Origin: Hormiphora californensis
Taxonomy: Eukaryota; Animalia; Ctenophora
Direction of reading: 5' to 3'
DNA length: 64,000 nucleotides
Assembly: GCA_020137815.1 (NCBI GenBank)
Contig: CM035355.1
Location: 6,944,001-7,008,000, forward strand
Shown here: one piece after another, positions 13,193 to 26,800 of the stretch
Position numbering within the stretch: position 1 is the first letter of the stretch
How the letters are laid out: each line of letters starts with the position of its first letter
Translations under genes and position numbers: made by a program
Notes under the pieces: generated by a model
What the model was told of the DNA's origin: nothing
Databases searched by the model: none
What the model saw: the letters and a program-made list of their open reading frames with translations, nothing else

Positions 13193-15019
13193 CTGTACAA
13201 GCAATAAGTTGTCATACTACATGACTTCATCAAAAGGGGGTCAAAGGGTAACCTCGTCTCGGAGCACAGAAGTCGGAGACGTGGTTACCCCTCAACCCCC
13301 CTTTGATTTACATTGCTTCAGCCCGGTTCGGAGAAGGCAGTATTTCGTGAGACAAGCAATATAAGATAAAGGGGGATTAGGCAATGTGTTGGAGTATTTC
13401 ATTGCAAAATGTTGGTAACATCGTACTTACCAAGCTGCTATCAATTATACAAAGCCTCTAAAGTTATATATTCTAGAAACACAACAAACATGTAACGCAA
13501 CACACAGCAGGGTGATTGAAATGTGGCATCTCTAGGTGGCGGTTACATACACACACCCTACTACTATCCAGTCTACCGAACTCTATCGTTGCCATGGTAA
13601 CCAGGAGTTTCCCCTCATTGACACAGGGGGTACAGGTGGCATTCTCGCTGTGACCCATAATTTTTATTGGCATACTCAACCCTAAATAGATTATGGGAAA
13701 AAATAACATCACAGAGCTTCTTTACGAATAGATGTAACATAGAAAGTAATGCATGAATCATGATTTGCATTAGATGCGCTCAAAGATCCAGGAATTATTT
13801 CCTGTTTGTGTACTGAGAGCGAAGTAACTAGGGGTGACTCACTCAATTTTCTAATAATAGCCACTTTACAAACTTGGCTCCTAGTGAAACAAGGTTACCC
13901 CGCATCCTGCAGGGAATTCCATGTGGCATTACTGTATTACTGAACGAATGGGGCAGGGAAACTAACGACGTGGTGTAGAGCATGGAATCTCAGTTGGCAC
14001 TATCACTGAAAGTGCAGTAATTCAGGGCCCTGGAACAACAGCAGGATCTTATTGAAACTGGGTGGTGCTTGGCAACACACAGAGAAGAGCAAGCCATGTC
14101 AATACATGAGTATCTGATACTCTCTATCTCTCCCACTCAGCACTCTCTTCCTTTCTCTCACTTTGTCTATCTCTCTATCTCTCCCACTCGCTCTCTTACT
14201 CTAAGTTGCCCCAATTTACCTGTGCATGTGATTGTCGGTTTATTACTTCCCTCTTTGCAACACGCACACGCTACAAGCACGATTAATAAATAATAATGTA
14301 GGGTACTGGGCAATGCCTAGTGTAGTAGTATAATTATAGTGCCGGACCTTGATTTACCGGACCTCGATTTACCGGACAGATGCATTTCCCCAAATTAATA
14401 TACCGTGTATTAATCCTTCCCCCAGGCAGGAGTTTTACCATGTTTTCCATTACATTGTCAGTGACACTGTCACCCCCTGTCCTCCCCTGATATGATAGAG
14501 ACTTCAAATTTAGAGGCTAGGAATATCATCGAGTTTTTACTAACTGAAATCTGAATAAATAAGAGGGGTCATAACCAAACCCCTGCAAACATGGAACACC
14601 GTTGAATAATGAATTGTTCATACTTTATACCGGAGCACGGAAGCAGTGTCAATTGCGACTCAAGTACACCGTACACGAAAGGAAACATGGTTGTATTGGG
14701 GTATAGGGTATAATTGGGGCCAGTCCGATATCGTGATATTAAATGTTGTTGCTTGAGTTTACAGTCAAACCTCAACTCAAGGGAGGACGGTTGTTGCAGC
14801 AGTTGCCAGACGCCAGTTGCAGTGTTGCACGGGGATTGGGGAAATAAACCGGTAAATCAAAGTAAGCGCCATTAACGTAGCGCGCAGGACAGGTCATCAG
14901 TCAAAAGTAAATTTAATCAAGCGCGTTTCCGCCAAATTTGCACGCGCAAATAAAAAGCCGCGCAAAAACTTATAACGCGCTGCGCGTGCCATTCTTTTAA
15001 ATCAAAAGTTGTTTGAATT

Positions 15020-15397
15020 GTCGATGTAAGGATTTTCAATCCAAGGATATCGTCCAACTCAAACCAGACCATCGCCAAAACATATGAAAAACACGAGAGA
15101 GAGAAGAAAACATCCTACCTCCACCGTGTCCTAGAGGTGGAAAAGTCAACATTCACACCACTGGTCATGTCAACTACAGGGGGCCTTGGAAGGGAATTTA
15201 ATAAGACTTTGAAACAATTGGCTGAGAAGAAGGCGACTAAAACAGGATATTCATACGATCAGTGTATCCGGTACCTGAGGCTAAGGTTGTCATTTGCCAT
15301 GGTCCGCTCCGTCACCATTTCCATCAGGGGGCACCGCGGACGACTGAGGGCAGAAGGCAGCAGCGGTCGGGATGACAGTATCTACCAAATAGACTAA
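15020..15397 (+). mobile_element. 5'-truncated non-LTR retrotransposon remnant, C-terminal restriction-like endonuclease region (CRE-clade-like)
   Basis: Reading frame DVRIFNP...YEKHEREKKTSY...FTPLVMSTTGGLGRE...RLRLSFAMVRS...IRGHR matches the C-terminus of animal CRE-type elements; followed by an AT-rich tail. Confidence 0.7.
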
Positions 15398-15581
15398 ATC
15401 TTTTATTTATATAATTTATTGACCCCGTTTATTTAATTTATTATTGACATTGTAAGTGTGTGTACCACTATTTATATTCAAGGCCAATATCGGCCGACCC
15501 CCCCTTTAATTGTCTGGGAGCAAAAACTTTGGATTTTGTTTGGAAAAAAATCGTCAGTCTCCGGTTTTCGTAAATTTATTA

Positions 15582-16942
15582 GGGGAGCCACAGGTAATAT
15601 GGGATACCTAACAACTTTTGGCCATATTTTTTTTCAGATGACAATAAAGTCACGCCGTCTTCATGGGTGTGTCTTATTTGGACTAGGCTAACACATTGCC
15701 ACCAAAATTACCCCAACGAATGCTCCACAACGGAGATCTGGCACTATCCCATATTACCTTGAAAATTTGCAGTGGAATTTTATTTTGGTGAAATGGGATA
15801 CCCATTTTTAACGAAAATGGGATATCCCATTTTGTCAAAAAATTGGTATCCCATTTTATCAAAATTAATTTTCCTCAAAATATGGTAACTTTAAGTTGCA
15901 CTTTGCTTGGATTAAACTAGTTTGTAATGGTATTTAAGTTTTGTTTATAATTAGTAAATGGTCTGAAGGCCCTATAATAGTCGGCAGCCGTGAAATCATG
16001 AAACGTTAGGAACAAGCTACCTAATTTCTTCACCAACGGGTCCCTAAAGCCTCATTTTACACTACTAATTTCAACAGGAGGGGTAAAAGCGTGAGCAGGT
16101 TCATTTCCTAGCGGGGTTCTACATGTATATAATTTCAGACAGGTCCAAAATTTAGAAATTCTCTACAATTTGCTAAAGAATTGGGGACCAAAGAGTTGAT
16201 CGTTAACACATAAATGTCGATAATATTTAGTAACTGCTAAACTAAGAAAGCTACACACGGATACCAGAAACCTTTTGGTGTCTATAATAGAAGATTAGAT
16301 TAATGAGAATTGAATAATTATATCCACACGTGTAGTCGTATTCTGCAGTTGTCACTCGGTGCATTTTTTTCAGAGAATACAAGTTTTTTCGAGTTATGAA
16401 CGAAAATAGGCTATATTAATAATCGTAACTGAGACGTTTGCGTTTAAAATGGCCGTTTAAACAGCCAAAATTTCAGTATCCCATTTTTCAAAAACATGTT
16501 TTGGAAAAATGGGATAGTTAAAATTTGGTAAAATGGGGTATCCCATTTCAGTAAAATAAAAGCATCCCATTATACCAAAATCATGAGTTTCTATAATTAG
16601 CTAATTATAATTAGACACGTTCATTCTGATGCTCTGATCTCTTCAGGTATCGCTAATAAATATCTTGCTCATAAACTAAGCCAACCGATAATTTCTCAAA
16701 GAAACAGAGACGTGTGTACCAAATGAAAAAAGTGGCCTGAATTTTTACTTTCCTTATTTTAAGATGACGAGGGTGCTAGTGTACCATCTAAACACTTCCC
16801 ACCAAGGCTATAAACGGTTTCAGAACTAATCTAAGATCAATAATAAGAGTTATTAACTACTTATGAGCCTGTAACATGGCCAATCTTTTCAAAACACCGA
16901 TTTCCCATTTTACCAAATTTCCCATATTACCTGTGGCTCCCC
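15582..16942. mobile_element. Non-autonomous DNA transposon, 23-bp TIRs GGGGAGCCACAGGTAATATGGGA flanked by TA
   Basis: Perfect TIRs at 15582-15604 and 16920-16942; repeated internal palindromes AAATGGGATA(T)CCCATTT near 15790-15860 and 16475-16575; no ORF. Confidence 0.75.
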
Positions 16943-17349
16943 TACCAGCTCTCTATGGAAGAGGATGCGTATCAATGACCTGATTTTTCACCATTCTCCG
17001 CTTAATAGCCATGCTTCAGCCATTTTATAATTTGGCTTAAATCGGGGTGACCGGACTAACTACTGAGCCCTGAGGCTTCGGTAGTCACTAGTCAGTGGGT
17101 CTAACCTATTCTGCATGTTTTAAACCTTCATATTAGTGTAAAGAAGTAATTAAACGTAATTTAATCTTTAGTTTAAGTAGATTGCGAGGCAAGCACATTT
17201 ACGTAGCAGTTATTCAATAATAATTATATTGTCCGAGATGTAAATTAAAATCAGTCTGATAGTCTCTTCCAATCCATGAAGTTTATTGAGTTGGCATGGC
17301 GTTCTGCGTCCTTTGGTTACAACTCATCATTTCAAAAGTTATTCTGACT

Positions 17350-20300
17350 TCAGTACCCGCCCCATACAGGATGTTATAGTTCCTGAAAGAGGTTTTAAAA
17401 TGTCAATCTTTGAATAGAAATTTTTATCCCACAATGTATGATTTATTTTTAGTCAGTTGCTCATACCTGACAGATTTAGAAGGCATGATGGCCGAGCATA
17501 TCCCTTTACACAGACATAGAATATAGGGATACCGAGAGCGGTCATCCCAGTCCACACACCACACATGATTGTATTAGTGAACCAGGGCACAACGAACAGA
17601 TAGATCCCAGTTAGAATCGTGACCACTGGGAAAAACAGGGACACCTGTTGGAAAATAAAGTTGTATATTGGAATAAGGACACCCAAGAAATTTTGAAGAA
17701 GGATCTGCCTGGGCGTCTGGCGGCGCCAGACCCCAAATTGAAATTGCGCTCAGATGGGGTGGGCGGCGCCAAAGAAAGAAGGATTTAGATTGTTTGCATT
17801 GCCTGTTAACATTGAAGCCGAGTAGTACTAAAACTTAAAAGTAACTTACTTTCGCGGGGCGAGGTGTATCTGGTTCCTTTCTCCGTAGCACGATGAGGCC
17901 AAGAGCACAGAGACTGGTGAACGCAAAGCTTGTGAATGATGCTGTATTGATGAGACTGTAGACATTGCCCGCCAAGTTAAATAGAGTCGCTGTTACCATC
18001 TAGTTCAAATAAATTGTGTGTTAGACCTAAAAAGATTGCCATGTTACGGCCCGGTGTGGGAGCCCACAGACTGGTAACATGTCAAAAAAGGATCATACTG
18101 TTATCATGTGTTTCGATTTGCCTACTTACAACGAACAATAGAGCGAACATGGGTGTTTTAAAACGTTTGTTGACGAGTGAAAAGCATCCGGGCAGTATTC
18201 CTTGAGCTCCTCCAGCCTGTAAAAACCTGAATGGGAAAGTGGTTTAAGACGGGGTTTGGCTTTTCCATCAGAAGCTCTGTTTCTTACCTGCTTGATGCAA
18301 GAGATGCACACATTGCATTTCCCAACGTAGAAACAGCCACAGCTATCGCAAATATGTAATCACCCGCAGGACCAATGATTTTAGAGGCCATTTTCTGAAA
18401 AATTAGGTATGATTAGTTTTGCGATGATTGCTGCAATTAAAAAGCAAATTACGCTTTGTTTACCTCGCATCGTATTTGGGGGTTTGTTAGAGCAACTTAC
18501 ACTGGCCAGAGCAGATTCAGAGTTCATCGTTTCAATGTCAAGGACAACGTGGTAAGCAGTAACGGCTGACACGTACAGCACGGTAACAATTGCCATCGAT
18601 ATTCCTACAATCTTAGGCAGCATCCTGTAGGGGGGAGACGTGTGCTATATTGTCTAGTTCGTGTAGTCTAGAAGAGTGAAATTCTCTTACATCTCTCAAA
18701 CTGTGACGAATATACAGCTAAAGATGCTCTCAAAGAAACTTGACATACACTCGAGACCTACTTACTTAGGATCTTTGACCTCTCCAAGCAGCACAGATAA
18801 AGATATCCAACCATTGTAGGCCCACAGAACACTGTTCCACGCCTCTCCCCACTGTTGAGGCTCCCAGTTTGTATTGTTAAAACCAACTGATATGTTCTCC
18901 GTGTGTCCTAGAGATAAGTGTCATATATGAGGTCATGATAGGTAACTGATTATGATTATTACGTGAAACTGCTTGTCAATAAGAGCGTTCAATGGCTTTA
19001 CTGCCTACCGTACATTCCCACTTTAGCTCCTATCACGGTTTCCGCTAAACAAGGACTCTCATACCTGTGGCAAGATGGTAAATCCCAAGGACAATTATAA
19101 AACCAAGCGCAGAAATCTTGAAGAATGTGACGACATCAATAATTTTCAGAGTCAAATCCGGTTTGAAAATGAGAACTGAGAAGACGCTCCAGCAGACAAA
19201 ACATGCCACCAGTTCGTTTCCCATCCACGGTATCTCGGAGGGTTTATCATAGAACACCGCCCAAAAGTATTTACTGAAGGTCAGAAAGCCTATCGCTCGT
19301 CCTAGGAATGGGTTTAGTTTGATTCGAAATTGATAGGTTATGCAATCAAGAAATAAATCAAGTAATATCTTGCTCTACCGAAGCCTCAAATATACCATAA
19401 TTTTATGAAATAAAATGTGAGCTACACTTGTGTAACACAAGTGATGATGAGAATGTGTCATCTTACTGAGTCCTCCAAGGAGCACATGAAGTAGCCAGCA
19501 GGAGAGAAATGCGAGGAGGCTCCCAAAAGCTTTATGAAGGTACACCATTTGGCCTCCATTCTTAGGGTACATAGTACCCAGTTCCAGAAATGTTATAGCT
19601 CCTGTAGTTGATGGGTAATAAAGGGTCAGGGGTGGTGAGGATTTGAGTCGCTCGAAACTGTGTCCGTGTGTCCATACATATTACAACGGGTCATTTTGTA
19701 GACAAGTGAGAATATACTAGCTTGGACTTTTACATTTCTATTTCTATTCCCAGCTACTTACCAATGGTAGAGATGGCTCCTCCAAGAGTCCACACCACAA
19801 TTGACATGGCTGGGGAGCCCACACGCTTTGATACCTTGTTAGGAGACACGAATATCCCTGCTCCAATAATAGTACCCACAATAATACAGATACCTGTAAC
19901 AGATGTTTTGCATCTAACAGAGGATCGGTGGCTTATTCCCGGGCTACCTAGGTTGCGTGTAGCACGAGAAGAGTGTTCAAGAACTCAATCATCACTCCCA
20001 CTACCCTCAGAATCACTTGACAATTATTGTTTCTCCCAACCATCCTCTCACCGTGTAGCATGGTGATATTCTTCTTCATCGTTGCTTTCTCCCTCACCCC
20101 ACCGCTCTCCAAAGTACTAGGTGGTGGTGAGCAGCCACATCCACAGCCAGCCCCGTTGTTACACCCACAACCTCTTACAGGGACAATGGCAACATAAGCT
20201 GGAGGTGGGTCCACTTCTTCGGCCTCCTGGGCTTCCAACATCTTCTCAGTAGATGATGCCTTCATTTTTTCAGTAGTCTTGTTATCCCCAACTAACTCAG

Positions 20301-20358
20301 CCTCACTGTCCTCCGTTAGAGGATTGCTGACCACATCGGGAGCATCAGGGTCGGACAT
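17350..20358 (-). CDS. SLC7 (LAT/HAT light-chain family) amino-acid transporter, ~11 exons
   Basis: IVGTIIGAGIFVSP (TM1), FLELGTMYPKNGG, WAYNGW (TM6), EVKDPK, KRFKTP, LRRKEPDTPRP; GT-AG junctions; exact stop uncertain. Confidence 0.9.
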
Positions 20359-21681
20359 CACGCACTGCAGCAGCTCACAGAGAGGGGGACAAAGTAATGA
20401 GAAGTTCAAAGAAACTGAATATTGCGGGGAGTAAGCACTGGCAGTACTTTTGTAAGGAAAAAGCGAATTAACGATAGCGTACTACAGGAGATAAGACCAT
20501 GGCATTATGATGGTGCTAGCTGTATTATCTAAATCACGCGACCCTAGTGGCCTAGTAAAGGAGACAAGATTATGCTAATATTATGCTGACAGTTATCACG
20601 TTCCGCACATTATTATCGGTATCATGGACTACGGCAGCATACTACTTTTTAGAGACAGGAAAACAACTGAGATGAAAACAACTGAGTTGGAGTATTCTTT
20701 GCTTGTAAAGGGATTTCTGGTAAAGCGCTCGACAGGATCAAGATTCTGGAGCTGATTACAAAGTAATACAAGGTTGGAGTATTCTACTTTAGTACGTGGG
20801 ACTATATGTCGTAACATGAGACACACACAGCACGAAGTCAGATGAGATTGGAGTGAGATGAAGATTGGAATGCTAGAGCTGTAACATTTCCCTGCGTGGT
20901 ATTATTATAATGTGATGGAAAATTGTTCTTCTAGAAGGCGTGATGATGAAAAACTGTTCTATGGAGGATGGAGGTGTCATGATTGTGATAATTACTTTTG
21001 CAAGTAGTACTCAGGAGCACAGAAAAAAACGTTATAATTTCACTCATTCGCTAACATTACAAAAACATTATTATGAGATTTGTGCAAGAATTGAATAGGC
21101 TAGACTTAACTCAGGGTCTCACCAATGATCTACTGAGAATAAAACAACATGTACATTGCTAAAATATAACCTCTAAGCTTCCAAAGGGTAAAGAAAGGCG
21201 TGTATAGCAACTGCACTATATGCAGCGTGATCAGAGAACAAAGAGAATTACACCAAGCAAGGAAAAATTACTTCCTAAATATATTGACACCTATCATGTC
21301 CCCCTGAAGGGACTCACGAGTAGTATGTAGAGGGGAAACTAACGACATACTCCATGCTTGACATGTTACACGTCTGTCAGCCTCCAGCCCAGTATGCGGC
21401 TTGGCCCCGCTACGCAGCCAAGTATGCGTCATTCTGTATGCCTATGAAGTATGTGAGCGGCATATATACATGCTCAGTAAACAAGTCAGAAAGTCCGTTG
21501 ATTATTAGGAATTATGCAGATTAAATTAGGATCGGGAATATAATAAATAGTATCTTACAGTTAACATAACTCTCCACATAATAATATCAAAATTCTAATT
21601 AGGTTTTTTTGCTGGGAAAATAAAATAGGAACTAAAAAATTAAGAAAAAGACATTAAGAGTTCATTGTCATGCATTAATAT

Positions 21682-22740
21682 TTACGGATATAACTGTTCA
21701 ATTTTTGTTCCTATTTTTTCCATGACATCATCACGCCCTTCAACATAGCATCCTTGAATCGCCAGCTTCTCAGCAAGCTCCTCAGCAGCATTCACAACAT
21801 TCTCCTCCACCTTCTGGGTCCCACCTTTCAGTCCCAGGAGCACCATACTAACGTCCTCTTTGAATTCTCGTGCCATTGGCACCCACTTAGTCTCGACCCT
21901 ATCCAGAGTGGTTTTGTCACTCAGTGAGAAGCATATCAGGAACACCTCCGTATTGGGAAATGTAAACGGTCTCATATTGTCGAATTCCTCCCGACCACTT
22001 GTGTCCCAGAGTCGCAGGTGGAAAGATTCAGACACAATATGTTGGATTGGTTCGTGCAGCACTAATGGTGGGTCCTCTTCCACGACCCCTCCACTTAAAC
22101 AAACTAGGAATGTTGTCTTCCCCACCCCGCTGTCCCCCAGTAACATTGCCTTAACCGTCCTTGCGAACACACCCGGGCTAATAGGAGAGTTGGGATCGTG
22201 ACCAGACGTTTTCGCCATTAGTTGTCGCCTCTGGAACTCAAACATTGGCTCCCCTAGGGCGAGGGTTCCCAGAGAGTTCCGTCTTCTGACTCTGCTTTGA
22301 TCAGACCTCCGCAAGCTTTCCGATCTTTTGATACTGTCTGACCTTCCAACCCCTTCGGTCCTTTTAGTGCTGGCAGACCTCTCTACTCCGGCACCATCGG
22401 TCCTTTTCGTGCTTGCAGACCTCTCTATTCCTGCACCTTCTGTTCTTTTGGTACTAGCAGACCTTTGGACCCCTGCACCATCCGTCCTCTTCGTGCTAGC
22501 AGACCTCTCTATTCCTGCACCTTCCGTTCTTTTGGTGCTAGCAGACCTTCGGACCCCTGCACCATCAGTCCTCTTAGTGCTTCCAGACCTCTGCACCCCT
22601 GCTCCATCCGTCCTCTTCGTGCTTGCGGATCTCTGGACCACAGCACCATCCGTCCTTTTAGTGCTGGCAGACCTCTGGACCCCGGCTCCATCCGTCCTTT
22701 TAGTGCTAGAGGAGCGTGTGATACTCGGTATTTTACTCAT
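21682..22740 (-). CDS. Intronless atypical Rho-family GTPase with an N-terminal 14-aa tandem repeat
   Basis: GDSGVGKT (P-loop), LWDTSGREEFDNMRPFTFPNTEVFLICFS, KWVP (Rho-like); degenerate G2/G4, no G5 or CAAX; ATG at 22740. Confidence 0.8.
   Translation of the reverse strand: MSKIPSITRSSSTKRTDGAGVQRSASTKRTDGAVVQRSASTKRTDGAGVQRSGSTKRTDGAGVRRSASTKRTEGAGIERSASTKRTDGAGVQRSASTKRTEGAGIERSASTKRTDGAGVERSASTKRTEGVGRSDSIKRSESLRRSDQSRVRRRNSLGTLALGEPMFEFQRRQLMAKTSGHDPNSPISPGVFARTVKAMLLGDSGVGKTTFLVCLSGGVVEEDPPLVLHEPIQHIVSESFHLRLWDTSGREEFDNMRPFTFPNTEVFLICFSLSDKTTLDRVETKWVPMAREFKEDVSMVLLGLKGGTQKVEENVVNAAEELAEKLAIQGCYVEGRDDVMEKIGTKIEQLYP
22345..22716 (-). repeat. Coding minisatellite, 42 bp x ~9 (RSASTKRTDGAGVQ)
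   Basis: Visible directly in DNA and translation. Confidence 0.9.
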
Positions 22741-23826
22741 GGATATACACAACACAACTTGTATCAAAACCTCGACAGTGACTTGTATAGTACAACATGT
22801 CTCTCTTTCTCTGTTTGAGTTAATTAATTAAACCTGCTGCACACATGACTTGGCAAACTTCCTACCAAATTCCCTATTAACCTATGTATAGGCCACTACG
22901 TCACCCTGTGCAGGCGCCTCACCCACGCCATAAATGGAGAGGTGGGAAAACTGTGAGTACATGGTGGGAAATGTAGAGGGAAGTAGTGTAAAGATGGTAG
23001 GAGAAGGATTTCCTGAAATTTCTTTGACACACTGAAGTTGTCGGATAGTGCATGTACCTGAAGCAAGCGAGTATATTTTAGGGTAAATTTCTTGGAATAT
23101 GCCTAGTAGGCATTGCCTATAACACATGGTACTTGTGGTATGAGTAATATGCATTACTTACAATTGTGCATCACATGGTGTATTGCACCCCAATCTGCTG
23201 ATCAATTGCCCGATTGTTTGTCTTAGCGGTAGGTGCTGCGAGTGTATGCAAGAGTGTTATTACACCCACAATGGTGTGTGTGTATTGCAGAAGTAAAGGA
23301 ATAACAAACTCACTACCCGTATAATACGTTGCACTTTGGGTTTGTTATGTTCTAACCCTCCCAGTCCCTTTACATTTGTAAAGGGGCGCGCGAAAAACAG
23401 TCTAACTTGGCAACTTTGGGTATCATATACTGTTAGAACATAATATAGTAGTTGCTTTATCTCAAGACTGTCCTCTTGTGTCAAAAGCCCGGTGCGGCTG
23501 CGTGAGGCCGCGTACCTTGCGAAGGCACAGTGAGGAAGACACAGCTTATACCTTGGTTTAGTGTGATAATAGGTTCTGTACTTCCACAGACTCTCAATTC
23601 TCTCAATGAGCTACTAACTGCTTCACACTAGTTACAAGTAGTAGCCCTCCTGAGCTGAGACCTCCCGTCTTCACCAACTTGCAATTGAAATTAGATTGGT
23701 ATCGAAATAACCCCTAAATCTGGAGGTTATTTGTTAAATCGTAACCGAACAAAAAACATTAACACATACAACTCTCTGATTGTAGGTGTTCATGAATCCT
23801 GGCCAGCGGTTAACCTGGCCTGACTA

Positions 23827-26800
23827 ATGGTCCACATGATCATCTCGCTCCTCCTATTCCTCATCCCTTCTACCCTCACCCAACTCCTAGACCGCCAGAC
23901 CCTCTCCGCTCCAGCCCTTTGTAACGACCACAGCCCTGCAAAATACTATATTCACAAGACCCCAGACTCCACTAAATGGATTGTGTATCTAGAGAGTGGG
24001 GGAGGATGCTCCACAAAAAAGGACTGTAAATCGCGTTGGAGCACATCTGACATCCTCATGTCCTCCAAGTGGTTAGATGATTATCCCCAGATTCAAGGCC
24101 TGGATATTCTCTCAGCGGCAGGAGAACCATTCAGTGGTTACAATAAAGTTTACCTGCCCTATTGTTCCAGTGACATGTACTTGGGCATGCACGAACCGGA
24201 TGGTAACACCGAGTTCTCTGAGTCGGACATGAATTTTGTATTTGCTGGATATCATATTGTTACTGAACTTTTCAAAGCCCTGGATATAAAATCAGGGGAT
24301 GTGGTGGTCTTGGCTGGGTCTTCAGCGGGTGGTGTTGGAGTTATGAACCATGTAAAGCTTGTCCAGGATCGTTATAGCTCTAGCTCTGTAACGGTTAGAG
24401 GTATCGTGGATTCGGCTTGGTTTATTAATTTTGAGGGTAATTTTGAACAGTTTTGGAACACTGACAAAGCTGCAAAGATGACAGGATTTGACACTTTCCC
24501 CAACAAAGGAACACAAATCAGCTCGCTGTGCTCTCAAATATACTCAAATATACCTTGCTGCTTCCAGGTATGTATAGATCAATATGTAGTAATATATTCT
24601 AAAAGGTGCCTGATATAACATGTCCTAATTGTGCTTGATTGAATGTTGAACTAATATCGGCGATGATTTACTATTTAGTAATCGTTCTGTTTCCGTGACT
24701 AACGGTTCAACCTAAATGCTAAACGTTTATTGTATTTGTCAATATAATGATCCCGTTTTCCCCTCCGACCAGGCAGACTGTTTGGAACATCACGGAGCAT
24801 TTGGAGATAGTGAGATGCTGTTTATCACTAGCAAACACGACATCTACTTTCTAGCTTCATCCATTGTAAGAGTCCCATGGTCATTTTCTGCCTTCTAAAA
24901 CCTTCACTTCACATTTGGGCCCGTCACGGCGTCACGCCCATCTGTGTTCGCGACCAAGCTTCATTTCATATCAATTCGTACAGTATCAATCGAGCACGTT
25001 CGGAATTTGGTGCCATTTCACTGTATAAACGTACAGTATCAATATCCTGGTGACATATTTCCCACTTGATCATCCTGTACAACTAACATGGCATATTTCA
25101 GACATCCATCGCATCGAGTCTCTCCACGTTATCTGCTATTAGTTTGAGTACAGTGGCTGACACTGTGTCACGGTACAGCGGGGCCATGATGCTGTCCATC
25201 AATACTACCATACATGGATCATACTCCTACTACATTACCTCCTGCCTTCAGGTATGTTTCTAAACAGGTTCGGTAAGGTGTAACCTCTCTTAGGGGAGGA
25301 ATGAAACATAAAGGAGGGGTTTATAATTTAAATAAGCAACGATTTATTCATGTTATTGGTTATAAACCTTGGCCTTATCGGATAAAATAGGCCTGCTTGT
25401 TATAATTATAGCGGGCAGGCATATATTCACATGCTATGGTTGTATTGATATTCCTCCCCTTTACATCTCCTATAACCCTTTCAGCTGTCCAGTGCCCACC
25501 GTAGCCCTGGTAGCTAATCTATCCCATCCCTTCCCTAGGACCACTAACCCCACTACTGCTAGGACTAGTAAGTAGTAAACCCCCTACCCTATACAGCTGC
25601 CCACTACCCCCTCCCTATAGAACCACTACTCCCCCTACTCTTTACAGCACGTCTACATGGCACCCTCGTCCCTGTGGAATGAAGGGGAACCACTGTCAAC
25701 ACTGGATAGGAAGGGATTCAACAACATGATGGAGAAGCTATCACCCGAGGAGAGCTTTATCAGGTAGACCACCATATGGTCGCAAAAACCCTTTCTCAAA
25801 GGAGTCCAGTAAATCGAGGTTTGACATCCGGGTCATCCACCAGCGATGTTTTAGGAATCAGAGGTTTATCATTTAGTATTAATTTTTTAAAGTTTAATGT
25901 TGCTTTTCAGATTTGAGCAGAGTATCTCTCCGGGATCTTACTTGGATGTTAAAACTGGTCCAACGCTGTTTGAGGAGCACGCTCTTACGGTACAATTATA
26001 CAATTGATATCCAATATTTGTCATTTCTTTACTATCACTTCTCGGAGAAGGCTGCCAAGAGAGAAGTTTTCTCCCTTGGTAGCCTAGTCCATCCCTCCTT
26101 ATCACAAACGAAACATATAACTTTTACTCTGGGATAGCATCAGCTGCTGCTAAACTATAACCGAATGTGTTTACAGGAAGCCCTCATTGCCTGGGAGTCA
26201 GGGGATGGCAACTTCTATTGGCAGGACGGTTGTGTGGGACTGGCATGTAACCCTTCTTGTCCAGAGGAGCTAGAGTTCGTGTACTCAACTCACACGTCCT
26301 CCGAAATTGGGGTGATAGTAGTCATGTCTTTACTAGGTAAGGAGTACAGCAGATAACAAACATCATTAAATTTCTGAGAATGCTTCATAACGTATATTGT
26401 ACAATATTACGTCATCACAGCTTGGCAAACTTCCAGGTGCCCTGACATTGTTTTGTGTGGTCTGGAAGGTCGTGATCTGGGTTCAACTGCGACATCTGAT
26501 ATTCATGCAGTCAGAGTTTACCAGCAGCAAGGTATATCATTATTTGAAATTATTTTTTCCCACCAAGTTGATATGACGGGGGATATAAAACTCTACTCAG
26601 AGTTCAGAAGTTATATATTTTTCGTTCATTTTAACAAAGATTTACTCCTGGAGCTGTTACGACATTCCTGTAGGTCAGTAAAGATAATTTTATCCCACAA
26701 CTGGCTGATGACGATCTGATGAGTGTCAGTTGTTACGATCTAACTCACGCGGTATACACTCCCGTGGACAACTCAGGTGGGTTTGTTTGTTTGTTTGTTT

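Noticed and set aside
22328-22831. Antisense and alternate-frame repeat ORFs over the Rho repeats (likewise 47277-47980)
   Set aside because: Stop-free shadows of coding minisatellites.
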